A stretch of DNA of 64,000 nt from Takakia lepidozioides (Eukaryota > Plantae > Bryophyta): positions 47,864,001 to 47,928,000 of the forward strand of contig CM060732.1 of the NCBI GenBank assembly GCA_030704615.1. The letters are read 5' to 3'. This document shows positions 48,079 to 60,281 of the stretch, in pieces (positions within the stretch are counted from its first letter, which is position 1; the number at the start of each line of letters is the position of its first letter). The position numbers were made by a program, and so were the translations under genes. The notes under the pieces were generated by a model. That model had not been told where the DNA came from, searched no databases, and saw only the letters and a program-made list of their open reading frames with translations.

Positions 48079-49699
48079 GTCTACACTTTTCAAGAGCTTA
48101 TCTTAGTCATCTTCCTCTTTTCAACCTTGAAAATCTTCTTCATGTACTTAGTCCCAGAGGGAGTTAGTAGACTAGTTAGCTAGCTGCAGAATGAATGCAG
48201 GCCTCACCAGATTTCATGTGTAAGAGTATTGCATTTCTATATTGGACGATGATTGTCCCAAGGCTACTGCTTGAAGCCAGCAGCCGTATAAAGGGGTTAC
48301 GAGGGGCTCCACATGGGGCTCTTACAGTCACATCAAGCTTACCACGTAGTGTGAAATATAAAAAGCTCCACAAGGTAAAAATAAAAGCTCTCTGAAGTTC
48401 CCCACCCAATGTTGGACTGCGCTATCACGCTTGCAGCTCCGATGCCTTCCATGAAGATTCAAAGCGTGCGGACCATCCTCAGTGTTTTGCTCCATGGCCC
48501 AAAGGCAAGGTCTTCCTTCCAATCTATCAAGTCCTAAGACTTGGCTGGAAATTTTTAGGCTGAGATTTGTACATGAACGATTCATCCCCTCCAGTGATCA
48601 TAAGGATCAATGGGAGGGTTCCTAAGCTTGCTATTCGCACTCCTAAGCTTGCAGTCGCAATTTAAAGTTGGGGTGCTGATGTTTGTGTTAATAATTGCAT
48701 TTTTGGCTTCTGAGTACATGTTGACGTTTAGCAACCATTTTGATGAATTTTGACCCATTTTCATCAAACTTGGGGTGGGATATTGGCATTTGTTTTCTGA
48801 ACTGAAGGGTCGATGCAAGTAATGCAAGTAATGACTGGAGGGAAGTAATGACTAGTATAAGTAAATGACTGGAGGGAAGTTTGTTGTTTGATCTTTTGCC
48901 GCTACCCAAAACATCTACAAGAAGATTTTCTGGGATTACTAGGGGCAAACACAGGGCAGCATCCAACCTCGACACAGAGTTTTTTTTAAATAATAATTTA
49001 AGGTTAAATTGTGTAACTTTTTAAAATAATAATTCAAGGTTATATTGTGTAATTATATTTACAAATATTACTGTTAGTTGCTTTGATAAATTTACTATAT
49101 GTAGTGTGCTTATAATAAATATTTGCAAATATCAATGGATTGTGCAATGATAAAAAGTAAGCTAAGAAGATCATATCAAAATTAATAGTGAAGATTTAAC
49201 TTTGTAAGACTTTATAAAAAGACCCATTGCGCAGTGACTGGGTAACAAGACTTGGAGAAATAAAACATTAGGGATTTGGGGGGCTTATTACGTCATTTTG
49301 AAGACTACTATAGTCATTATATTCTGCTTATTTTCCTATGTCCATGTCAGACTATACATAACGGTCCATAATGCGCCGGTGAGTGCCAATTATGGTCCAT
49401 AATACGCTGTTCTTTAAACTAAGAGTTAGCAAAGAATATTTCATATAAATTGAATTTTTCAAGAGTTACATTCTTATTCATGAATAATCTGGTGTACATA
49501 TGTAGAGCTCAAGATATGCAAAGATCAAATTGCTTCATGGTAGCAAAACTTGAACTAAATTGTTGTTCAATATAAAAAAAAATCAATCGAAAGAATGTTG
49601 ATTAGTATCTCTCCCGACAGAGCTCAGGGGTCTCAAAGAATGTCGATTGTACCTGCTTATCCTATTTGTTCTTCTAGAGCTTAGCTACACTATCTTTGT

Positions 49700-51600
49700 C
49701 AGATAGTACTTATGATAGTGCAATTGGTAAATTGCTGGCCATGGACATTAGTTCTCTTCATATATTCGGCTATATTGTTGTCATCACAGTGCTTTACAAT
49801 CTCGGCGTCATCCTCTGCATCTGAGTCAATCTCCTTCACTTTCAAAGAGGAACCACCTAGAACATTGATAGTAGGAGATGGAGAAACATGTACGATCAAA
49901 TCAGGTCCAACAACAGCGCTTAAAGTTCTAGGAACTAGATTGACAGAAGAAACATGTTCAGCTCAATTGTTCTCTTTGACTCGTACTGCAAAGCAGCTTG
50001 GCAAGATATATCTCCTCTACTTTCTAATATGCAAGAGACAATGTTTTGTATTAATGCAGGATCATTATAAATGTCATATTCATTGTCTTTGTCATAGCGC
50101 ATGTATGCCTTGCAAGATTTGTCTTGACAACCGCATGTCACTCTCTATAGGTACCCCTATTTTATTACACATGTTGATCGTTGTAACACGCAATGATTTA
50201 TTGCTTACTCTTGTGGTGGCCAAACCAACACCCAAAGCCATATCTTTCATCATCTTGGCAATAGTCTTCAATCCTAGCCTTTGATGAGAATACCACTGCA
50301 AACAAACAAACAAACAAATCCACAGTTAGATAGCAATAATTATACACTAAATTACAAAATCTACACTGAGGGAATAGGTGAGTACTTACCTAGTACTTAC
50401 AAGTTCCTTCGAAGGGCCATTAATGGCTCGGAGGAAAAGCAGATGAGCTCCTGCTTCCTCTATAGTCGATTTCGAACGATGAGCAAAGAAGGTTTTGAAC
50501 GTGAGAACAATATCAGGAATATGAGAGGCGATAGGTCGCCGTAAGGTCTTTGGCTGGCAATGAAGGATGTCCATCCTATAATTTTTAAAATCGCGCTCAT
50601 CATATCTGACAAACTCCCCAAATTGATCTGCTCCAAAAGTCAATTCATTGTCTACAATACTTCACATCTCCTTCTGAGCTCTGATTAAGAAATTCCTAAA
50701 ACAAAAATAGCAAATCCTGTAAGCACATTCTGTAGGTGTTAGCCGATGTGTAATCCGATGATCTTCTGCTCATTGTCTTAAGATAAAGGCACACAAACTC
50801 TCCGCGTCTAACCCAATGCACTAGAATGTTTGATCGAACTGTTCACCAAAATTGTTGCTTTATTGAACGGACATCACGTATTATATTGAAAGTGTGCATT
50901 AGTAACCCAGACCCCACTGCTCAGTGACCGGAAAAGACCTCCAACCCTGATACAAAAGATGAATCAAATTACAAATGTAACCACAAACAATATATAATCA
51001 GCAAGCAAAAAAACGCCAACAGGAATACAACATGTAGTGTGTCATCAAAATACAGTAACTTACGAGGATTGTAAAGCTTTCTATCTTCTTCTGAAAAACT
51101 TATTGAACTGGTCAACAAGAATTCGAGGGACATCACGTTCATAGACATCTTCTATAGTCTCATTCAAGGGAATTAGCTTATTAATACGACACCAAGCATC
51201 AAAACGCCTCCTACCCATTTTGGTCTCCACCTCTTTGAACATACTCATTCTCATCAGAATCAATGTCATGGAAGCCAAGAGAATCAGAAGGATTAGGAAC
51301 ATTGAAAGCCATAGTATAATCATCATGCCAGCCTCATGGCCACCATCGCAGGGAATACTGGAAACTCTTGATAATCCGGAATTGAAACTATCCTCCAAGC
51401 GGCCATCGTCAGTCTGCTCTACCTAAGAAGGATCTAAGGCAATGACAAAGTTATCTTGGATAGCAAGATGATTTGCAACAACTTGAGCAGGAACCGGAGG
51501 CGCAACAGATGAGAGTTGAGGCCGAGGAAAGTTTGTAATATTAGAAAGAACTTTTCTACTCCGCTTCCTAGTAGAAGGATTCATCCTCATCTCATAACCA
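49700..51600 (-). pseudogene. Decayed intron-containing tyrosine recombinase, Crypton/DUF3504 type
   Basis: In order: ETKMGRRRFDAW..FNKFF..RKLYNP | NFLIRAQKE (catalytic R) | FVRYDERDFKN | LLFLRAI | WYSHQRLGLKTIAKMMK | SNKSLRVTT (HxxR position) | MRLS(GH)KSCKAYMRY (frameshift; catalytic Y). GT-AG introns ~51063-50947 and 50400-50296. Confidence 0.75.
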
Positions 51601-52879
51601 TCTCGACAAGGTGTGCCCAAGTGTGTGAGGTGGTGGGGCCGTTGGCCTGAGCTCTTGGGGAGGTCACTCCCCGTATTTACAAAACCACGTGAGAACAAAC
51701 ATAGGGTGCAATTTATTTTTTGAGGTAAATTTTAGAAAAGTTTTACTTATAAAATATGATAAGGCAATATCCTTTCACCCAGTTTTTTTTTTTTTTTTTT
51801 AAATCACAAAAAATCCAGAGTTTTACTTAAAAAATTAATGCAATAAAGGGTTTTAATACAGTATAATGTATCCATCCTTGTGAAGTTTCTCATATTTCAT
51901 CCAGCTCAATTCATCATGACGAAATCAAGTAGAGGTCACCTGAAGTTCAAATATGATTCCCATGATACACAGTGGATTGATGTTGATACTATAATCTCAA
52001 CAGTGACTATGGCATTTGAACCATCTCAAAACTTCTACTCTTTAGATCCAAGTGATGTTGCGGTTTTGAATGAGTTCGTGATTAATAAAAATTAAATTTT
52101 TTCTTGGGTCTGGCATTTGACTTATGTTATATGGAATGTACTTGCACTGCACATGGCAGCACAGACGCCGCACCGGCTAGCAAGTAACGAGATTATGCAG
52201 AATGAAGTCCCACATACTTCATCCAAAGATTTGACAGGGAACTGGGAACATTGAGGGAGGGAACGGCGAAGACCGTTCAGTGATCGCAACGGTTGCTACA
52301 ATTTGAAGAGAGACACAGAGAAGGTAGAAAAGAAGTCACATGGGACGTACTGAATTTGATGTTCCATTGCAATATTTAAGCTCATGTTGCAATCAGATCA
52401 TTGCAAGAATGAAGCGAATGTATGGGCGACCTTAGACGTGGATTAAAAACCTTCGTCAAATTGTAACTAACTTCGAAGTTTTCTTTTGGGGAAGAAGTCA
52501 TGATGGAAGAGGTATTGAGGGACACATTTTTTGGTAAGTTATTGCAACTCATCATCATCAACCTCTTGCTAAGAACCCATCACCTAATATGACATCCGGG
52601 AGAGCAGATAATGTTGCTTCAGATTCAATAACTGCTTCCAATATTTTGTTCCAATTTTGCTAAGTTGTGCCTGGAAGGTAGGTATATCATCTTCAAGGTT
52701 TTTAGAAACTTATAGTTTCATTGCCAGTAAATCACATATCTCTCTCTCAGCTAGCTGCGAGCTAGCTCGCTTGATCACCTATCACAGGGCTTACAAGCAT
52801 AGAGTGATATATCTTCCCTGCAATATGTCTCATCCCTTCTATTTGTCTGTGCTAATTTGCCACCCATCTGCCTCCTACA

Positions 52880-53656
52880 CCGTACAATGTGATATGCCAT
52901 GCAAGCTCTACCCGCACAATATCCAAGACCTCCTCCCGGAATTCAGAATAGCACCAGCCCCATCAATACTACAACTATTTAAATCATCTCAAAACCCCCT
53001 AGTCTATACCCCCCGGGCCCCCCCTCCCACCCCCTCACCGCACCTCCATGTATGTCACCGACATCACCTAACACACATCAACAATCACCTCCTATATCCC
53101 AATTGTCACCCACTCCACCACCGTACCTCCATCTACCAGACCCAGACTACCCTGAGGCCTTCGTCATTGAAGCTATCCTCGGCATCAAAACCCAAACATC
53201 ACTTGACGCCTTCGGAGCGATATGTGTTGATACATACTATTTGTGTAAATGGGAGGGATTCCCAGCAAAAGATATTAAAACATGGCAAATTGAAGACGAG
53301 CTCTTTGGATCACATGACGATTGCGACCCGGTTCATAACCACACTCTCCTCATCAGATTCCACAAAACCACAAACACCACCTATCTAAGGCACATCCACC
53401 AACATCATGTATCGCAAACCCAACCCACTGACACCCGCTACATCAGCCAACCACTAGCCACTCCTAATATACAAATACACATCACCGAGTGCAACCCAAA
53501 CAAAGATATTATGTCCGGCCACCCATTAATATGCCCCAGCACCTCACAATCCAACATTTACACAATCAACGATAGTTTTGCCGGATCCATTCCCAATGTC
53601 CGGCTTACCTGGCTTTGGTATAAATATTCCACCTCTGACACACATAATAGCCAGCT
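52880..53656 (+). pseudogene. Chromodomain-containing ORF remnant (TE-derived)
   Basis: FVIEAILGIK...YYLCKWEGFPAKDIKTWQIEDEL fits the chromo consensus (E.Il..r..YlvKW.G....TWe...L); C/A-rich; cut by the LTR at 53657. Confidence 0.6.
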
Positions 53657-54448
53657 TGTCGCGGCCCTTTGCCTTGAGGGCAGGGGGCCGGGGCACAAGA
53701 AGGGTTGCCCCTGTGGTTGGGGCAGTGGCAACAATAGGTATGGGGGCTGAAGCACCCTTGAGTGCCCAAGGCACTCAAGGAGGCGGAGGCGCTCACTAGG
53801 TGGAGCCCCGCACACCGGGTTGCGGTGGGGGTGGTTCCACGAGAGGTGGTGGTAGCTTAGTGGGTCTTAGTGGGGGTGGCATAGGACTCACCATGGGGCT
53901 GAGACCTTGTGGTGGGAGTCGTGGGGAGTCTTGGGACTCATCACGGTCCATTGGGGCCGTGGTGGGTGGGCCAAGACTCGCCGCTACTCATCACCGGGAA
54001 ACAAGGGTCTTCGTGGTGGTTCGCCATAAAAGGATGGTGTTGTTTGTGAAACCCCCGCGGACAGTTACAGAAGTATATATAGGGAGTAGTACCCCGAGAA
54101 CGGTGCAAGCCCGTTGGTGACAAAAACTAGTGAGTAAGCATGCGAGCCGGAAAGCGACCAAGGTGTGGAGAGCTGTTCCGGACTGCCAACAACCAAAGGG
54201 AATTTCCACTAGGCCCAAAGTGTGCGAGGGTCTCGTGGAGGAGAAAAAGAGGGACCGTTATGCCCAGGTGAGCAGCCGAAGCTCCGAGTTGGCCCGGCGG
54301 CCAGTTTGGGAGTTAGGCGCGCGCATCAATACGAGTAATTATGACTTGAGGGGGAGTTTACCGAAGTGAGGTGTGCGACACTTGGTATCAGAGCTTAGAG
54401 TTCAGTACGCAATTGTCTTTAAGATCGGCCTCACCATAGGGTCGGGCA
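53657..54448 (+). mobile_element. Family-2 5' LTR (53657-54380) with Met PBS (54383-54394) and start of leader
   Basis: TGTCGCGGCC...GTGCGACA then TGGTATCAGAGC; homologous to 37942-38604 reversed. Confidence 0.9.
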
Positions 54449-54815
54449 CACTAATACAGATTGTCATTTTTATGACTACGGGTAATATAAACCTTGGTAA
54501 CCATGACTATATATGTGACTACATAGTGATGAAACCCATTGTTGGGCGCATTTTAATATATTTTAATCTAATGAAATCATACATGTTACTACATGACTAG
54601 GAACTGTGGTCAAACATTGTTGACCAAGAACACATGCTTGGTTTATATAACTAGTAGTCATACGCAATACTACACGTCAGACACGTGTCATATAAGCTTA
54701 TGACTAAATGACTACACCACCACTACACATTAATGACATGTCATAGAAGCTTATGACTACATAACTACAGTAGGTTTCACAGCTATGTTTATATGACTAC
54801 ATCACTACACGTGGC
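54449..54815. mobile_element. CACTA transposon end with subterminal repeats
   Basis: CACTAATACAG at the point where retro leader homology stops; many (A)TGACTAC/GTAGTCA repeats. Confidence 0.65.
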
Positions 54816-54969
54816 ATCTTAAAGCATATACATGGGTTCATCCATTGGATGACCTCATCCATCTATCTTTAACAAAGCACTTGTGTCAATGGAATGACAC
54901 AAAGTGCAAAAAGTTAAAAAATTCAAAAAGTTGCTTTAGGGTTGTCCACGTTCAGCCGTGAACACAGAG

Positions 54970-55633
54970 GGCTGGGACTTAGCCTCTTTTTGTCTCCCGC
55001 GCTACCAAATGTTTTCGTAGTATCGAGCCGAAGCAGGGAGAACTTATGTCATGGAACGGGATGATCGCAGGATATGCAATGCAGGGGCGTGGGGTTGAGG
55101 CTTTGCGACCTATTCTTGAGCACTGATCCAGCTTTCTTGAGCTTATTCTTAAGCAAATGATGTAGGAAGGGCGAGGATATGCACAGTGGGGGCGTAGTAT
55201 AGAGGCTTCGGAGAAGTATGAGCAAATAATGCGGGAAGGGGTGAAGCCGGACCGAGTCACGTTCATTTAAGTTTGCAATATCACCCTCGTGGTATGCACA
55301 GCAAGGCCGCGGGAAAGAGGCTTTGGAGACCTACGATCAAATGATGGCGGAAGGGGTGTGCCCGACCACATCACGTTTGATTGCATTTGCAATGCATGCG
55401 TAAGCTTGGCAGCCCTGGAAAAGGGCATCTATGGTGACATTGTCAAAGCTGGAATTATACCCGATGTCATTCTGAACAATACTCTCATGGACATGTATGC
55501 AAAATGTGGGTGGATGAAGGGTGCAAAGGGAGTGTTCAACAGTATGGCTAAACGAGATGTGGTGTCGTGGAGTGCGATGACTGCAGGATATGCACAGCAA
55601 AGGCGCGGGATGGAGGCTTTGGAGACCTATGAG
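54970..55633 (+). pseudogene. PLS-class PPR gene remnant
   Basis: SWNGMIAGYAMQGRG.EAL, EGVKPDRVTFI, NACVSLAALEKG, NTLMDMYAKCG...AKGVFNSMAKRDVVSWSAM; stops and deletions. Confidence 0.85.
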
Positions 55634-56093
55634 CACCTTCTTCAATACACTTCAGCCTGTTTTCCCTGTTATCAGAGTCGTCCCTAAATTTTCAGGTTGA
55701 ATTCTGCAAGTTAGCTCGTTGGTGCAAAAAAATGAATGTCTATTGGAAGCGCAAGTCACACTACGGCAATGGGGGTGGGGGGTGGTAGCGATGCCCGACC
55801 GACCTCCCTGAGGTCGTTAAGGGGGTCTAAAGCCGTCACGGCCAAGTCCCAAATACCGACCCCTCAGGGGTCAGCAAGGCGTCATTAAAAAGGCGTCGTT
55901 AAAAAGGCGTCGGTAAATCGGGCAGTTAAGACGAGAGCTCCTATTCTGTCAGTTGCCAGCGCAATTCCATCAGTGACGAAGGTCAACGAAGGTCAACACG
56001 AACATTTCAATCTGCCCAACGAACCTGCCCGGAAAAATTAAAATTTTAGAGTTTGAAATTGAATACAATATCACATTCCAAATGACAGAAGAG

Positions 56094-59000
56094 CCACCTT
56101 CGTTCAACTTAGGTCCAACAAATTTATATTTTTACCTGCATCCCTGAACATTTTCGCATCACACGATAAAACCAAGGTAGAGATATAAATGGCAAAAAAA
56201 CATGCAGAATTCTTCCACGTACATGCAACCTAGTTTCGAATGTTGCAGTGACCAAAGAAGCCATAAAGAGGGTCACCTTCGTTCACCAAAGGTCATAGTC
56301 GATAGCTGGGCAACCCAAGATGTAAAAAATAGGAGGGCCGAAGGTACAAGCTTGACCCGGTCGGGTGTGATCAAATTCGGAGAAATTGATGGTGGGAATT
56401 CACATGCATCTACCATAGGTACAAATTGCACAAGTGATAAATGCAACAATAGAAAACGAGACACCCTCGTACTCCCTGGGTCATGTCAATTGCATGAATG
56501 GAATATATATCTACACAATGACGACCAAGGAAAAAACAAAATGCGACAAAATGGAAGAATGCATTAACTGGGGAATGCAGTTTAGAACATTCGAGATGAT
56601 GGGAGAATTTGACATGCTTCATAAATGTAACACATGTGCTAACAAATTGCAAGTATTTGACAAATATCTTCTGGGGTTGTGTCATCTGATCTTATACACC
56701 ACAACAAGCAAGGACATCACATCGGACCTGGGATTAAAAAGCATTATTACCCATTTTTTTGAAATGTGACATGTATGGTCCCAAAATGTAAATATCCCAA
56801 ATGTGATGAAATGTGTTATTCACAAGTGTCGTCAGATCCCAAATCTATTACACAGTCGGGCAAAACATCGACCGAGCTTGTGCCCATACTACTGTTGGAC
56901 ATGTCACATGCCTCGGTAGCCTCGTCCAGAACATAAACATAACTACCATTCCCAAATAAGGACTTCTTCCGTGTCCAGGTGATGGTGTTATCCCACTCCT
57001 TGTCGTGATTTGATGCCGCTTGTCTTTGGGCCGCCACCTCTGCATACATTGGGAGCTCTGGAAACAACTGTGGGCTCAGGGGCAACTCAGCGTCATAGGT
57101 ATACAGTGGCCCTCCCATCCTCCGCCTCTTCACGACCGGTTGCCTAAACATTTGTGGTCATATGGTCATAAACATTTGTGATCATATGGTCAAAACCACA
57201 TACAGAATGGAAACGATTAATACAGCAACGTTGCAAGCAGGGAATCACCAGATAATGAGAAAATATTACCTGTTGATGAGATCCAAAACCCTCGTACCCT
57301 CAAAAACTCCATGAGTGTCTGATAGAACGCAGGGGATTTTTCTTTGCGTCCTCTATAAGGGTTGCCTTCGGGTGATACTGTCATCTCAAATGTTGGAAGA
57401 TAGTGTCTCAACAGATCCCCGGTGAAACAATCAGGGTTCTTTGAAAAAACGGACCCTTGTTCACTGATCTGAAAGTCCTTGCAGGACTCCAACACCAAAC
57501 AATGCACTTCAAAGACAAATGTCTGTGCACATACAAAGGAAGGGAAACAGATTAGCACTCCAACAAATACCACCACAATTGATGGAAATGTAAATCAAAA
57601 GGGGAAGAAATTTGCACTCCAAGAAACACCACCACAAACGCCTGAAATGTAAAGTATAAGATCTCACCTTCCCTGTGTTGCAATTCAAAGCTCTGTCATT
57701 GATGCATGTCCACGTCCTGAACAGTCTCATCTCCTTCTTCCTCATGTGCCTATGTATCGACGTCCACAGATCACTTGGCGCCACAACAATGAAGCAACCA
57801 TTATCATCCATGAGTTGGTACGCTATCTCAAATGCGTGGCGCATGTTCTCATGAGAATACTCATTCCACTCTGGGACATCATCATCATAGGGGGTCAATG
57901 ACGGATCAACAAGATCGACACTGTGACCGTCCGGAAGCTCGCAGAACACCATGTCTGCAGTTTCAAGGTTACGTGTACCAGTATTCTCACATCCGACATC
58001 ACCAAGGAACTTGGAGATTGAATACAACAAGGACTCCTATTCCATCTTCTCGGATTTAATGAGGGTTGCCAATGTTTTTAATCCCCCTGCAAACACAAAA
58101 CCTTGGAATCCGGCAGCAGAGGAAGAACCAATGTATTTGGCTGCCCAGACCATGTCGTCACTTTTAGTTCCACTATGTCTTCTTTTCTTCTTGTTCTGGG
58201 TTCCGTCATTTGCACTTCCTGCAAGTTTCAACTCTCCACGATCAGATGCAGTTTGTTCTTTGTCTCCTTTGTTCCTCTTGCCCACTGTGATGTACTGTCT
58301 CTGTTTGTTTTTTGCTTTTTCAGCTTCCAAAGCTGCAATCTTTCATCTTCCAAAGCAGTTGCGGTGTTGAGGGCCTCTCGACGTTGTAGTTGTCGCTGGG
58401 TATTCTCAGCATCAGACGCCCCGGTCGGATTGTCCTTACCAACCTTGGCCTCCTCAGCAACAATCTTCTGTCTCTCACCAGCCGGACCTTCCTTGGCAGG
58501 GTAGTCCAGATACCAGGGGCATAGAGATGCACAAAAAGGGGTGATGTTCCCATACTGGTCAGTTGTGTACATAGTAATTCTGTCGTTGTCAATAGTCGTC
58601 CAAGCCTCGACGACAGAGGGTAGATGATCAATTCCATGAACCTCAAGAAGATACCTGAGACAACGACAATACGAGTTTAATCTGTGTATACGCTCCTCTT
58701 ATAATATGTACATCATTGTAAAAGTTGGTATACAAAGGTCCATGCAGTCAATCGAGCCCACCCACTGCCCACCTATGTCAAACGAAGGTTAAAGAATATA
58801 GCAAATATCTGCTGCTAGGACGGATGCGGATTGCTGGCAGACTAGTGTACAGTGTGTAGATTTAAATAAAATTTATATATCTGATTACCATATCATATGA
58901 TTTATATCTGCATAATCAGAGAGATACATACAGATATCATAACATAGTATATATATGATGGATCAGTTATGGATCATTAATCATCACTAATACAACACAA

Positions 59001-60281
59001 GTATACACGTTACTTGTCATAATCATCTAGTCATGACTAATCCATCTAGCAGTACATAGACTTTATAGATTAAATACCAGATATTTCGTAGATATTAAAT
59101 TGTCACTGCATATCACATAATATTTTAACATTATGCAGTACTGACATTAGGGCGACATAGCTCCCTGCGCACCTCCGAATCTAGGGTACCTCCGTAAAAC
59201 GAAGGTGGCTTAAAGGCCAAAGCAAAGATGAATAGCATTTAAAACTATGTGTGCAATCGACTACACACGATTATAGACATTCATAGACTTAATCTGTATC
59301 TACGTCGTGTATAATATATATATATATATAAACCATACATGTATATTGTAGTCTAAAGATTTTACATTGGAATAGTCGTATAACACATTACATCAATTAC
59401 ATAGACAATATGATTAGTCTATCGACATTATGTACTATAGTGTAGAATCAATAGACTGAAAATAAATATAAATGGACTCAAATAATTTATATTCTACCTG
59501 TCATTACGGCTACACTGTCACCTCCGTCAACCGAAGGTGGGTACATATTAAAGGGTACCATAAAAAATAAACAATATTCTGAGATATATTTAAAATAGAC
59601 TAACTAGATAAGATATTAGTATCGGCGGATAAAATAAAATATTTGAATTAGTAGATTATACTTATCATTCATGGGCACCTTACTTCACAACTGCGCCTCT
59701 AGGGAACCTCCATCTAACGAAGGTGGGTACATTATTTACAATATTTACATTATTTATTAGCATCGGCATATATTAGAATGAGAGTGACCGTTGAGAAAGA
59801 GAGTACATCGAGGACCAGTTACCATATGGATTTAACCCGCAACTGTTTGAAATATTTATTCGCTCAAAACAATGTTTTGAGCTGCTCCAAACGCTGAAAT
59901 CGCTCAAAACAAGGTTATATAAGCTCAAAACAGTGAAGACTCTCAAACAAAACTGACCTGCGTCGGACGAAGGTCGAAGCTTGACCCGGACTTGTATGAT
60001 CAACTTTGGAGAAATCGATGGCGGGAATTCACTTGCATCTACAATATTTCAAAATTGATATAGATAACCCTATAAAACGAGACACCTACGTCCTCCTTGG
60101 GTCATCCATTTATTGCGTTTTTTGTTTATGTTCTCCCATTCAGCCTCCACCTTCGTCAACCAAAGGTGGCCTATCTTTCAATTTGCAGGCACGTGCGGTG
60201 GACGGAGGTGGCTTATCTGTCACTAAAGTAACATGCTTGGTTGTCTATTCATACCTTCGCCTGTTTGGACAACGAAGGTGG
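56094..60281. repeat. About ten dispersed copies of a 21-bp palindrome CACCTYCGT-N3-ACGRAGGTG
   Basis: Copies at ~56094, 56274, 58769, 59188, 59519, 59706, 59955, 60147, 60190, 60253. Confidence 0.75.

Noticed and set aside
49712-50284. 190-aa plus-strand hydrophobic ORF
   Set aside because: Antisense shadow of the recombinase remnant.
49700-51600. CACTA Tnp2 transposase
   Set aside because: Initial impression; motif order fits a tyrosine recombinase much better.
53150-53305. Chromodomain as part of the methyltransferase gene (as in rotifer N4CMT)
   Set aside because: Opposite strand, outside the CACTA terminus and separated by LTR, CACTA and PPR debris.
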